Shown one piece after another: positions 12,288 through 25,956 of a DNA stretch of 64,000 bases (the first letter of the stretch is position 1; each line of letters starts with the position of its first letter). The notes under the pieces are model-generated. The model made no database searches, was not told the origin of the DNA, and saw only the letters and a list, made by a program, of their open reading frames with translations. The position numbers were made by a program, and so were the translations under genes. Source of the stretch: the human T2T-CHM13v2.0 reference genome, Homo sapiens; NCBI RefSeq assembly GCF_009914755.1, contig NC_060927.1; one strand, 5' to 3'.

Positions 12288-12732
12288 CAGCGGTCCCCTT
12301 CTTATCCTCTGAGGATCCCCCAAGACCTCAGTGGATGTCTGACACTGGACTGAACCCTATATATGCTATATTTTTTCTGTATACATACCTATGATAAAGT
12401 TTAATTTATAAATTAGACAAAGATTAATAACAATAATTAATAAAAAATAAAACGATTATAATATTATTCCAGCATCACTATTCTTATGGTTTGGGGCCAT
12501 TATTAAGTAAAATAGGGTTACTTGAACACAAACACCATCATCCTGCAACAGTTGATATGATAATAATGGAGAAGGCTCCTTCGTGACTTTCATCATGCTA
12601 CTCAGAATGGTGCGTGATTTAAGACATATGAGTTGTCTGTTTCTGGAATTTTCTATTTAATATATTGGACTGTAGTTGACCATGGGTAACAAACCATGGA
12701 AAGTGAAACCACAGATATGGGGGAGACTACTG
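12288..12732. mobile_element. Tigger2a/MER8-family (TcMar) DNA transposon
   Basis: Terminal inverted repeats CAGCGGTCCCCTT...GGGGGAGACTACTG-TA; internal ATGATAAAGTTTAATTTATAAATTAG. Confidence 0.65.
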
Positions 12733-13887
12733 TACGCACATACTGATTTAATCAGATTTGTGTGCTTTGAGCTATGACCCTGGAACTGAAATGAAGCTTG
12801 CAAATGTCTGCAAGGGCCAGATCATGGTGATGCCCTAGGTGATGCATCTTGGCAACAGCTAGCCTTCTCCTGGCTGTCACAAGGCATCTCTGCCTTCTTG
12901 CCTGTTAACACCTTGAAACCTCCATGAAGGAAAACAGCACAATTAGGTAAATACAGGAAGGACTGATGGCTAACTCATGGGGGCTACTGGCCCTGTAGCA
13001 GCCTTTTAGTGTAGGAAATGAGGCTATTTCATTATGTAGTTAAGTTTGGAAAAAATCCTTCATGGAATAAGAAAGCAGCAGACATCTTAGTAGGAAGACC
13101 ACTGAAGCACACCTTTGTTAATTTAAATGTGGCATGTGGCAATTTGCTTTGTGTGGCTTCCCTGGCACAATTCTCGTGAAAATTGTGTAGGGATATTACC
13201 TTACATTTATCCAGTCAAAATTAGCATCTGTCAATCAGATCCTTTCCAAGAAAGGGAATCAGTTATATCATAAATACACAAATATATAACATGTGTTTTT
13301 TACCCTCCAGGGAAACTTTAAGCAAGTAGTACACCATCATTTTTTAATGAATGGTCAAGAAATTGAAAACATATATAAGTTGAGTTAAGCAGTTAAAGGG
13401 AAAGACAATTAGCAATGCCTGGTAAGCTAAGTGGTACTCCAAAGGTTTATTTTATAGCTACAGAAATTATCTACATGTAGAGGGGGTGGATACAAACTAG
13501 CTTAGACTGGGGTGAGAATCCTGGTTTGACATTTAACATTTTAGAATAAGAGATATAGAAAGATTCCTCTGTAGTTGAAGGATCCTGTTTTGTCCTACTC
13601 ATAAGCAAATCCATGGGGTAGCAAGGTGCTTTCTGGTAAGCCTTTGATATGATATGAAGCTCAAGTTGATAAAACAGATTAATTGAAGGAAATTGAAAAA
13701 TACGCAATTTAAAAAACCATAAGGAGAATGTTGCACAAGCTTTTGAATCCTGTAAATTTTCATTCTTTAAGACCATTCAGAAAAGGAGATTTTGTCGGGG
13801 GCCAGTGGTGGCTTGTTTTGATCCTATTTCTGAACCAGCTGAAAACTAGAATACGTTCTTTCTGTTCAAAACATCCTAGATGGGCCA

Positions 13888-14264
13888 CATATTAGTCAGG
13901 CCTTCTCCAGAGAACAGAACCAATGGTATATGTATATAAAGTCTCAGTATCCAAAGGCCCAAGAACCTGGAGTTCTGATGTCTAAGAACAGGAGAAGGTG
14001 GATGTCCCAGTTCCAGAAGAAACAGAGGATTTCCCCTCCCTCTGCCTCTTGTTTTATCTAGGCCCTCAACAGATTGGATGATGCTCAGCCACAATGGTGG
14101 TAGAGTGTGGATCTTCTCTACTCAGTCCACTGATTCAAATGCCACTCTTTTCCATAAACATCCTCACGGATGCACCCAGAAATAATGCTTTAGAAATAAT
14201 GCTTTATCAGCTATCTGGATATCTCTTAACCTGGTCAAGCTGATACCTAAAATTAACCACCACA
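13888..14264. mobile_element. MLT2-type ERVL LTR
   Basis: TATTAGTCAGG..TTCTCCAGAGAACAGAACCAAT start; GTCAAGCTGATACCTAAAATTAACCACCACA end. Confidence 0.7.
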
Positions 14265-14284
14265 GGCTACAGTGAAAAAGATAG

Positions 14285-15020
14285 TTCCAACTGTGAGTGA
14301 GGATGCAGAGAAACTGAACCATCATACATTAATGGTGGGAATGTAAATTTTAGTACATCTGGATCAACATGTTAGAAACATTTTGAAAAACAGTTTGATA
14401 ATTTTTACAAAATGTTAAATATATACTTTCCATACAACCCAGCAATTCTACTCCTAGGTATTACTTAAAATAAATGAAAACACATATCCTCACAAGGACT
14501 TCATTACAGCATAATGCTGTTTTTATAAATAATTTATAAAAGCCAAAATATGGAAATATCCCAAATATGTATTAACAGGTGAATAAACAAAATGCCATAT
14601 AGCTATAAACTACGATACCACACAGCAATAAAAAGGAGCAAACTACTGTTATGTGCAATGGTGTAGATAAACATCAAAAACATTATGCTGAGTGAAATAA
14701 GCCAGACACAAACTGCATATTGTAAAATTCAATTTATATGAAATTTCTATAAGAAGCAAAACTATAGGGGCAGAAGACAAATATTGGTTGCCTGAGGCTG
14801 GAGATGAAGCAGGGATTGGCTGCAAATGGGCATAAGGGGACTTCTTGGGGTAATGGAAGTGTTCTAAAATTGGACTGTGACAAATTCTCAGCTTTTTGGC
14901 TAAAGATCAAGTGTAAATTGGATTGTGGTGATGGTTGCACAACTGTGTAAATTTACCAAAAATTAATCGGGTGAATTTTATGGTATACAAATTAATAACC
15001 CAAAGCCGTTAAAAAAAAAA
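14285..15020 (+). mobile_element. Old L1M 3' end (L1MB/L1MC-like)
   Basis: Degenerate ORF2 C-terminus and 3' UTR: CCCAGCAATTCTACTCCTAGGTAT, ATGCTGAGTGAAATAAGCCAGACACAAA, GTGATGGTTGCACAACT, then an A tail. Confidence 0.75.
14880..14915 (+). pseudogene. 3'-truncated U2 snRNA retrocopy (~35 nt)
   Basis: TTCTCAGCTTTTTGGCTAAAGATCAAGTGTA versus U2 TTCTCGGCCTTTTGGCTAAGATCAAGTGTA; TSD AAATTGGAYTGTG. Confidence 0.85.
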
Positions 15021-15532
15021 AGCAAACAAAAATTCACCTTCATTCTTTCCCCCATCTCTCCAATGTCCATTTTTACATAGTTATCTCATGTTTTGATCTT
15101 ATGCTTGCTATTGTATGTTGAGTCCATTGAGCTCCATTTTTGCAGTTTAAATGATTATATGTAGTTTTCAATGTAGTTTTCAAATCTTCACTAAATAAAC
15201 TCAAGCTTTTTAGTTTGAGTGAGCCTCTATTATTTAATTATATTAGCAATATATTGACGAAAAGTCTCTGGAAATAGTAAATCAACTGGGAAGTTAAAAT
15301 TATTTCAGGATTAGGTGTTGGAAGTCCTGTTTTCACCCCCTGGGGTTTCACTTACAGAGGAAGTCAAAGACATATGTGTCCAGGTGTACCAGCCATCTGG
15401 ATCAAAGCCAGACCACTTGGTCTACCACAGAGCAGTTAGCAGTTCCTGCTTCTGGAAAAATGTGTTGGTTTTTCACACAGGTGCTGCGAGATGTTTTCCT
15501 TTTCACCTTAACTGATAGAAAGTCAAGAGCCA

Positions 15533-15853
<321 letters not shown>

Positions 15854-16850
15854 TCAAGAACCAAATTTGAATTTAACTTGAAATTGTAGGACTTCTTTGT
15901 ATAAACTTGCTTCATCAGCTTTATTCCTGTTCCTCTTTTCTTTCTCATACAATGTATATTAGTTTATTTTATGTATCCCTCTAAGGCCACTTTGAATTAT
16001 TTTAGGAAGAATGTAGGTTAATAATCAGATGAATAGAATATAAATTCCAACAACTGATATGTGCAGGAGAATGGCTGTTAAATTATAAACTTTATTTCAA
16101 AGAGATGCAAGTGTTATGAGTAACGGAGGCACAATTTTTGGAAGCTTACTGCTTCTTTTTCCACTAAGCCAACTTTTAGCATGGGAGATCTGGGATGTAA
16201 GTTTTGGCCACATCCTGTGTGATTGGTATGAGATCCTAATTAAGTCAGTTCAGCTTTCTGCATTTCATTTTCATTATCTACAAAATTGGAATTGAAAGTG
16301 TCTCATTTTACAGGGAAACAGCAAAGACTAACGACAGCCTATTTCATGTTACACGCCCTTCAGGGAGATGCACCATAGGTATAATGCACAGATAGGATTC
16401 ATAGACATCTTATTTCATGAAAATTGCAAATGCACTATTTAAAATTTTTTATTGAGAATCAAATAAAAATCAAATCAAAAGGCGAACAGTGTATTTTTAA
16501 AGAGGAAGTTGTAGCCAGAAACAGAGAGAAAGAAAAAAGAGAATGTGGTACATTTTACATATTCTCAAATAAAAATGTGTCATCCTTTATGAACAACATT
16601 TGATTTGATTGCTGTGCTCTGTCTTAGTATGGGGGTGACAGTTCAGGCTTTGAATCAATTAGAATGAGCACAATCAGAAATGAACACTTGAATCTGTGCT
16701 TCCTGTAAAGAAAAGCCTACCAACAGGGACACCTTAGTTTGTAAACCTAGCTAATCTGCACTCACCCTTGCCAGTACCCCTTTTCTCACCTCTGATTAAT
16801 CCCTTAAAGTAAGTAAGTCAGAGGTCTGCATCAGGAGAATGACTAGATCC

Positions 16851-17008
16851 TTGGTATTCAATGCGTGGTCCATGGACCAACAACAGCAGCAGCCACTGAG
16901 AATGTGCAAAAATGCAGTCTCGGGCTCCGCCTCAGACCTACTGAATCTGTGGCTGCACTTTCAGTAGCCTCTTCAGGTGATCTGCAAAATAAGGTTGAGA
17001 AGCACTGA
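16851..17008. mobile_element. MER5A-like hAT DNA transposon
   Basis: GTGGTCCATGGACCA..CAGCAGC..CAGACCTACTGAATC..CAGGTGAT..TTGAGAAGCACTG. Confidence 0.7.
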
Positions 17009-17283
17009 GGAATAGTGATTTTCAAATATGGCTGCTTATTACAATGATTTGGGAAGCTTTTGAAATGTACCCATACTACTAAACCTTCCATTCTTCCTGG
17101 GCACACAAAGTTTCCATTTCTTCAGTGGAGTAGTTTCTGTTATGTGTTAGGAGGAAAAGCAATTTAAGTAAATGAATAGATGTTAAGGGGTATAGGAATT
17201 GCCTGGATATTTGCATTTTTAAAAGAAGGTACATATTGACCAACTGATTGCTTTAACAGGTTCAATTTCAGACTGTGTGCTCA

Positions 17284-17331
17284 GTGAAGACTTTAAGTTA
17301 GAGAGGAGTGAAGACTTTAAGTCAGAGAGGA
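17284..17331. repeat. 24-bp tandem duplication
   Basis: GTGAAGACTTTAAGTYAGAGAGGA twice. Confidence 0.9.
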
Positions 17332-17499
17332 GAGACACTGAGCCTGATTTTCTGCTTATCGTGGACAAGCTGAACCTGGAATATCTTCCTAAATTTCCCC
17401 AGTGTAATGCAGGCATGCTATTTCTGTAGAGACATTAGAACAACTTTTTGCCTCTTCCATTCATTCATTTATTGATTTATCTATTCATTAGTTAATTAA

Positions 17500-17635
17500 T
17501 TTTATTTTTTATTTTTTTTAGAGGCAGGGTCTCCTTATGTTGCCCAGGTTGACCTCAACCTCTTGGGCTCAAGCAATCCACACGCCTCAGCCTCCCAAGC
17601 AGCTAGAACAACAGGCACATGCCACCATACCTGGC
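17500..17635 (-). mobile_element. FLAM/Alu monomer-length element within a probable L2 relic
   Basis: TAGAGGCAGGGTCTC..GGGCTCAAGCAATCC..GCCTCAGCCTCCCAA; L2-type CATTCATTCATT just upstream. Confidence 0.75.
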
Positions 17636-18654
17636 ATTCATTTTTTTTTCCACAAAAGCATTAATCAAGCAGCTTCTAAACATTGAACACTAGACATTGG
17701 AAATATGAACTAAAATACCCCCTGCCGTCAGGAAAATGAAAACCTGGTCAGTGTGACAGACATAAACAACATTACCATATGGTTTGATAAGTGCTATGAT
17801 GGTGATAAGATTTGTGTGCTACAGGTGCCCTGAGAGAGGAGCACCTAAACCAGAGCGGGTCTGGGAGTGGGCAGCTAAAGCGATAGCAATGAGGCCGGGA
17901 AAGCAGTCGCACTTCACCAGCTAAGTTCTGAAGGATAATTGAATTGCCCAACCAGTGGGAGCAGAGGAGAGCATGTGCATAGTCTGTATGCAAGATGGAG
18001 GCAAGAGCTCAGGAAGTTTAGGACCTACTAGTGGTTCATGATGGCTGGGATGTAGAAGCTAGCAAGACTTGATACTAGAGAAGTAACCAGGGCCCAGGTC
18101 ACACAGGGTCTTATATGCCATGATAAATGGGTTGCATTATCTCCCGAAGTCTATAGAAAATGAATAAAATTAAAATGCCGCAGGGGACATCTAAGGGATT
18201 TTAAATAGGGATGTGTGACATTGTCAAGATTGGCTGCTGTCTAGCTCAAGCCTGGTAAAGTGGAGGCAAAGATTTACCCAAACAAAGGAATAACATTTTG
18301 GTGCCCCTGGTGTGTGAGAGAGCTTGGCAATATTGAGAAACTGAAAGAATATCTGTAAGGCTATCATAGAGGGTGTGTATGAAGATATGAGAGTGGAGGC
18401 AAGGAGAAGTGTTCACTATTGGCAAAAGAAATAAGCAGGAATTGGATTTTGTAGTCTGTGTTAAAGTGAATGCACTTCCTTCTAGTAGCGGTGGGAGGTC
18501 ACAGAAGGAAGGGTTTTAAATGACGCATGACTTTATCAGAATTATTGAGAAAGATCACTGAATAGAAATAAAGAATGGCTGTGGGCAGGAAATTGGGCTA
18601 CTGCACTTATTTGGATGAGTATTATGGTTGCCTGGATTTGAATGGCAACAGTTT

Positions 18655-18890
18655 TTATTGTTGTTGCTGTTGTTTGTTTGTTTGTTTGTTTTGAGACAGG
18701 GTCTCACTCTGTCACCCAGGCTGGAGTTCAATGGCACAATCACAGCTCACTGTAGCCTCAACTTCCCCAGACTCAGGCGATCCTCCCACCTCAGCCTCCT
18801 GAGTAGCTGGGATTACAGGCATGCACCACCACACCCCGTTAAGTTTTGTAATTTTCTGTAGAGATGGAGTTTCACCATGTTGCCCAGGCT
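18655..18890 (-). mobile_element. AluJ, 5'-truncated
   Basis: (TTG/TTTG)n tail, full right arm, partial left arm. Confidence 0.88.
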
Positions 18891-20230
18891 AAGAAATGGA
18901 CAGATTTGAGAAATATTTACTGGGAAGTAGAATTCATAAGGCACAATGTTTCTGTAAATAGGTGAGGTTGTGAAAAGGAAGTGAGGAAAAGGTAACTCAA
19001 GTTTCTGGCTTGGTAAATTGGGTGATAAGTCAGCTGTTCACCAAGCTAGGGAGCACTGAAGCAGAGCTTATTGGGTAATAGGCTGGGACCAATGCAGTGA
19101 AGAGTTCACTGTGAGATAGTTTAAATTTGAGATACTGGTACATATTCGATGTGGTAGAATTCAGGGAAGATGGTGTTGGAAATAAAGATTCGGGGGTCAT
19201 CAGCATGTGGATGATATGGTTGAGATTTCTTAGGGAGGAAATGGAGAAGAGAACCCAGAATTGCATCACATAAAGCAACATTTAAAAATGAGAAGAGGAA
19301 GAAACTCCAAAAGAAACCGAGAAGTAATCAGAGAGGTAGAAGGAAAATCAGCGAAGTGTAAAATCACCAAAGCAAATGGAGGAGCAGCTGTCCAAAATTA
19401 GAGAGTGATCATTGGAATTAAGCACAGCTGAGAGGTTGAGTAGGCTAAATGTTGAAAGCAGAAAGGAAGACATTGAAGATTCAGGTGAAGATCAGGTGGA
19501 AAATTGATGGATTTTGTCCAGAGGAAGTAAAAGAGGATGTATATCCAGAGAAAAGAATATAGGATGATTCCGAGATAAAGGATGGCCTCCTCCTCCCCCT
19601 TTTATTTAATACTAGGGAGAAAGAAGCCAAGATGGCTGAAATGCAAACATGTTTGGAAGCTAGGAGGGACAGGAAGTTGAATGGGTCATCATCCAGTTGC
19701 CTTTGTGAAGTAACAAACAAAAATCTCCGCCTGGGAGTGAGCTGGTAGAGAAAGTAAGTAAGGAGAGTATGAAGACTGGAAAGTGTCCATGTGAGGAGTG
19801 GGCCATGCACACAGAACTGATGGCTCTGTTGAAATGGAAGGCTATAACTTGAAATGGCATTAAACCAGGCAGTTGTGGGGTTTCTCCAGCATCACCGATA
19901 ATGGCTTCAACAGATATTGTCAGCACTGTTTTAGATGCTAAGGATACTTAGCACCTAAACGCAGAGTGAGCAACACAATGTCCCTGCTTACAGGAGCTTA
20001 CAGCAGTAAAGGAGACAGTAAATAAACACACACACATATAAAAAAACATTATTAGATAGACTAGAGTTGGAAGGGAAAAGGAAGGCAGCTGGATCAATTC
20101 AGGGTAGGCTCATTTGCAGGGGGCAAGGGAATGAAATACTTTGGTGAGATGATGGTTTCAGGGATGGCACCACAGGATGTACACTGGACAGAAGATATAA
20201 AAGAAAAGTAAAGTAAAAAATAGAGTGGCT

Positions 20231-20622
<392 letters not shown>

Positions 20623-21557
20623 TCAGAAGATTCTTATTGGAGAGGGGGGTTACTCGAGATGAAGATTTCAGAGGTACAACTGTTCTGGGTGATGAGAACA
20701 TTAAGATGTCGTCATGAAAATGTGTAGACTAATGTGAAGTGAAGGTGAAAGTTAGGAGAGTTCAGATGGTCAAGAAATTCTTAAGCTAGAGTGTAGCAGA
20801 GGTTGTCCACAGGGTCTCTGATGTTACATATCAAGATGGTAGAACTTATGTGGAAGGGCAGACTGCACAAAGTGCCAGAGTCTTAAACAAGCAGAGATGA
20901 ATGCCTCTGGAGTCAGTAGAAGACAGAGATAAAGTAGGTGAGGCGGGGATGGTTGACTGGCAGAAGCTTAAATAAGCAGAGTGGACAGTAAGGATTTGGC
21001 TATTGCACCAAGTGATAACAGAAAACTAGTTTTGCTTTTCCATGTTGGGGCAAGGTGGAGGGATATGCCACCTGATGAGATTAGTTCATATGGATTAGTA
21101 TTTTCAGTACACGTGTTGTCATATGTAATTATCACTCAAAAGGGTAAGCAGCAACTAATAAGAAGAGGTGCTGGAGGGCCACCTGTCTGGCATATAGTGT
21201 GGGATTCCATTTGATACAATTACAAATGAATTCATTTTTACTCATTTTTATCTTTTCACTATCCTAGATAAAAACTCAAAATGAATCAATGAGTTCTTAT
21301 CTTAAAACAATATGTTCTGTTTAAACATTTCTCAGCGGTATAATCTTCCTTTAATCTTACATTTCTTCAATCCAGAGGAGTCCAACTACAGTGCCTTCAC
21401 CGTGAAGCTAATGAAAAGGGAGTTGGTCCACTGTGTAGACTAGACTAGATGATTGCGAAGTTAAATTGAAGTAATTGAGCAGGTACCCAATAGCCAGCAG
21501 CGGATTTGTTTCTCTGTTCTTGATGCTTAAGTAAAAACAAGCAAGCCAAGTATTAAA

Positions 21558-21613
21558 TGGTGGAGCTCCTGACAACACAGCTTCATAAAAAAGAAACTGC
21601 TTGACTCAAGGAG
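21558..21613 (+). repeat. 56-bp exact dispersed duplicate of 59241-59296
   Basis: TGGTGGAGCTCCTGACAACACAGCTTCATAAAAAAGAAACTGCTTGACTCAAGGAG is identical at both sites. Confidence 0.95.
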
Positions 21614-22460
21614 TGTGTCCTTGCGATAGTTTGCCGAGAATGATGGTTTCCAGCTTCATCCATGTCCCTACAAAGGACATGAACTCATCCTTTTTATGGC
21701 TGCATAGTATTCCATGGTGTATATGTGCCACATTTTCTTAATCCAGTCTATCATTGTTGGACATTTGGGTTGGTTCCAAGTCTTTGCTATTGTGAGTAGT
21801 GCTGCAATAAACATACATGTGCATGTGTCTTTATAGCAGCATGATTTATATTCCTTTGGGTATATACCCAGTAATGGGATGGCTGGGTCAAATGGTATTT
21901 CTAGTTCAAGAAAACCGAGGCAATACCATTCAGGACATAGGCATGGGCAAGGACTTCATGTCTAAAACACCAAAAGCAATGGCCACAAAAGCCAAAATTG
22001 ACAAATGGGATCTAATTAAACTAAAGAGCTTCTGCGCAGCAAAAGAAACTACCATCAGAGTGAACAGGCAACCTACAGAATGGGAGAAAAGTTTTGCAAT
22101 TTACTCATCTGACAAAGGGCTAGTATTCAGAATCTACAAAGAACTCCAACAAATTTACAAGAAAAAAACAAGCAACCCCATCAAAAAGTGGGCAAAGGAT
22201 ATGAACAGACACTTCTCAAAAGAAGACATTTATGCATCCGACAGACACATGAAAAAATGCTCATCATCACTGGCCATCAGAGAAATGCAAATCAAAACCA
22301 CAATGAGATATCATCTCACACCAGTTAGAATGGCGATCATTAAAAAGTCAAGAAACAACAGGTGCTGGAGAGGATGTGGAGAAATAGGAACACTTTTACA
22401 CTGTTGGTGGGAGTGTAAACTAGTTCAGCCATTGTGGAAGACAGTGTGGTGATTCCTCAG
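21614..22460 (-). mobile_element. L1PA fragment with 5' inversion (twin priming), 3' end missing
   Basis: 21614-21907 is ORF2 3' sequence on the - strand; 21908-22460 is the adjoining upstream ORF2 segment on the + strand ([12 protein letters not shown]...PLWKTVW). Confidence 0.92.
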
Positions 22461-22694
22461 AGAAATAATTTTAATAATGTTTGAGTGAATCAAATATACA
22501 AATAGTATTGTGATGCAGTGTACCCACAATCATTAACTCAACTATGAATTACTCAAAGCACTGTAGATAATAGTCTAGCAAGGATCTGACAATATGTTGA
22601 GAAGAAATGATGCACATGAAACCTTGAAAGTCACCTTAAAGAAACTCATATCATGCAAATATGAATCTTTTAATAGCTACTATAAAATAGTAGA

Positions 22695-22825
22695 GCTGAG
22701 TGCTGTGGCACACACCTGTAGTCCAGCTACTCAGGAGGCTGAGGCAGCAGGATCACTTGAGCCCAGGAGTTGGAGATTAGCCTGGGCAATGTGGCAAGAC
22801 CCCATCTTCAATAAATAAATAAATA
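22695..22825 (+). mobile_element. FLAM Alu monomer
   Basis: GGAGGCTGAGGCAGCAGGATCACTTGAGCCCAGGAG followed by an (AATA)n tail. Confidence 0.85.
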
Positions 22826-22856
22826 ACTTAGTAGCAATTGGTGCTATGAAACTTTT

Positions 22857-23257
22857 TGATGTAGCTTGGATATTTGTCCTCGCCCAAATCTCATGTTGAA
22901 TTAATCCTCAGTGTTGGAGGTGGGGCCTGGTGGGAGGTATTTGGATCATGGGGGCAGATCCCTAATGACTTGGCCCTGTCTTTGCAATAGTGAGTGAGTT
23001 TTCATGAGATCTGGTTGCTTATAAGTGTGTGGAACCCCCCCACCCACTCTCTTCCTCCCGTTCTTGCCACGTGAGATGCCTGCTCCTCCTTCACGTTCTC
23101 TCATAAGTAAAAGCTCCCTGAGGCCTCCCAAAAAGCAGATGCTGGTGTTATGCTTCCTGTACAGCCTGCAGAGCCATGAGCCAATTAAACCTCTTTTCTT
23201 TATAAATTACTCAGTCTCAGGCATTTCTTTATGGCATTGCAAGAACAGCCTAATACA
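22857..23257. mobile_element. MST-type MaLR solo LTR
   Basis: TG...CCCAAATCTCATGTTGAATT..GGAGGTGGGGCCTGGTGGGAGGT..GAGCCAATTAAACCTCTTTTCTTTATAAATTAC..CTAATACA. Confidence 0.85.
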
Positions 23258-25901
23258 TTTTGCATGGTGCATATCAACTATGGTAATAAAGTGAAAACAA
23301 AGAAGTGGGAAGCCTTGAAAAGTTGACAAATTGGTTGAGTACCATATGGAACTCCAGCTGTAGGATCAGTCCCATTCCAGGCCCAGGCACTCACTGGGGC
23401 CAAGGTCAGTAGCTCAAACATTCCACTTCCAGTCAGCCCTACTCTTGGTGATCTGCCTCTGACCCCAGCTCTAGTAAATGGGTTTCTGCCTTCTCCCATA
23501 GGGATTTCACTCCTGGCTCATTCCCCACTTCTGGAAAATGAGTTTCTTTTTTTCTTTTCTGTCTTCTGGGACTGAAATCTAGCTTAGCTCTTAACCTCAT
23601 GACCTTTTGCCAGACCACGGAGAACTGAAGTTTCCTTGGATCAACACACACCATCTGCTGGTTATAGCTCCCTCCTCACAGCTGCCGTGGGTGCCCTCCC
23701 TGTGTGACTTATTTCTGTTGCTTGTAGCTGAGAACTTCTTCTGTTGATGGTCCTTTATAGTTTAACTAAACCGGGATTCAGTCTCACTGGGCTAGTCAAA
23801 CCACTTCTACCAGAGCCCAGTTTATGTGAATGATGAATGTTTTACATGGAAAAAAAATGTTTCTTCATTTACTGAGGAAGGAGCACCTTCACTGATTTTG
23901 TATGCCAACACAGACAGCGAAGGATCCTGCTTGTCCTTCACCTATCAGCCATCACACCTATTAGGAGGGGGGAATTGGTCTTTTGTTTTGTTTATTTAGT
24001 AAAAGGAAATCTAATTATATATTAAAAGTTAAAAAAATTTTAGATCCTGCCTACATGACTTTAAAATGAGCAATAAAAGTCATTTTTTATTCAGGGATAG
24101 TAACAGGAAAAAGAAGTTAGTATCAGTATGTTTTAAGATTCCGATACAGTGCATATGCAGGTTTTAGTTTACAAATAGCAGATGGTGATGATTTACTATA
24201 AGAAGGTGTAATTAATTGAGAATGAAGGATCCTTTTGGAGTGTCCATTATGGGCTAGTCATTGTGCTAGGCGTAGGAATTAGAATCCTTTCCCTGGGTGG
24301 GGGTATACTTAAAATTATTGCTTTTGTATTCTATGGATTACCTTGAAATACCCTTTGAGTCATTTCTCAAAAATTGTGCATATCATACCGATCTGATAAC
24401 TCATTGCACTGTTGATCTGAGGCTTCATCCCCTCACCTAACCACATGGTCATCCATTTTGCAGTCCACAAGAGCCCTTCCTGGATTCATGGAAAGAACTT
24501 GCTCTCACTTGGGCTTGAGAAAGCATAAGTCAACTTGGCAGGGCATGTGTTAACAAGATGATTTAGAACTTTGCGACCAGCCAGAACCATAAAGACAGCT
24601 TGTAATAAAAGTAAAGCTGTTCTCATGAGATGCCCATGATGAGGGCTTCTAGGGCAAGGCTGCTGTTTCTTGCTACCTCAGCAAGAATGAGGTCTCTTTC
24701 CCATGATCATTTCCCTCCCCTTCACTGGGCAGGGTGACAAAGACCAGGCCTCTGCTCCCACCAGTCAACAACAGGCAGGGCTCCCAGCATGCCGAAACCT
24801 TGAGAGCTACCTCTTCCTCCTTTATCCCTTCTTCAGAGGGTAGCCTACCTGTCCACACCGGCAGAGAGTCACTCTGCATGTCAGTCCTCTTTCGGTTGCC
24901 TCTTTTGTCAAAAACGTCACCTACTTTCACTGCCTGGGACACAGCTCAGAACCTGACTCAAATATTTGTTGAATGGCCAACGGAATGAATGAATTGCCCT
25001 CTCTCCTCTACCTTCAACTGGTAGCTCCCCCTTCATTCCCAGAGCATCCTATACGCTTTACCTATAACTCATATCCCACTTGTTATTAGTTGTTCAATGT
25101 CTGGTTTTTGTCCACTAAAATGTAAGTTTTGACTGTTTCTATTTTATTCATTATTCTATTTCTAGCACCCAGCAATGTGTAAGTTACCAATAAATATTGA
25201 TTGAATAAATATACTCTCAGGTTCCTTACCTTGAAGTCACAAAACTATTGATGCCTATGCAAGGTGACTTGTAAGCATACCTAATACACAAATATAGCTG
25301 CCTCAAGGAAACGTTTTCAGTCTAGCTAGGTCCTGCTTATGTCAGTCAGATTTCTCAGTTCAGTATTTCTGTATCAAGCCTCCTAGGTTTAGCCCCTTTC
25401 TATCTGATCCATCTTCTTTGCTAGCAATAAAGTCAATTACGCTCTTCTCAGTTGTCTAATTCACCTTGCTAATTCTACCCTCCTAAGCTAGAACTAGGTT
25501 AATGAGGAAACAGTTTCCGGATGTGTTTCTATTTCCCACTATTTTTCTGTTTAAGGGAAAATTTCAACTAATTTTCTACTTGGGTGTAAGCATTTCCAGC
25601 TCTCTAGGAGCAAAGTCTCTATCAGTCTGGTTTTTCTTTTCCAACTGTGGTTTGTTCTGAATTCCTCCCTTCTCAATAATTTATTTCTTCTCTCTTTTAA
25701 CACTCTGTGTTCTTCTTCTCTTGAACACCATTATTTAGCTAAGTGTTGCTGTTCTTCAACAACCACCATCCTCTAAAACTCCTCTGTCCCTGCTCACTTC
25801 ATTCATAACACACAAATTCAAATTCCTAGCCAGCTCACGCATACATGCATAAACTCACTTATGGAAGGACATTACAAGAGACTCCTTACCTCTAGGTTAG
25901 G

Positions 25902-25956
25902 AGGAGCTTTACTTATCAACTGAATACAGTAGGAGCTTTACTTGTCAACTGAACAC
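25902..25956. repeat. 29-bp-period tandem duplication
   Basis: AGGAGCTTTACTTRTCAACTGAAYAC twice. Confidence 0.85.

Noticed and set aside
21817-22452. 211-aa ORF with L1 ORF2 C-terminal similarity as a standalone gene
   Set aside because: It spans the inversion junction of a rearranged L1 fragment; no promoter or splice evidence
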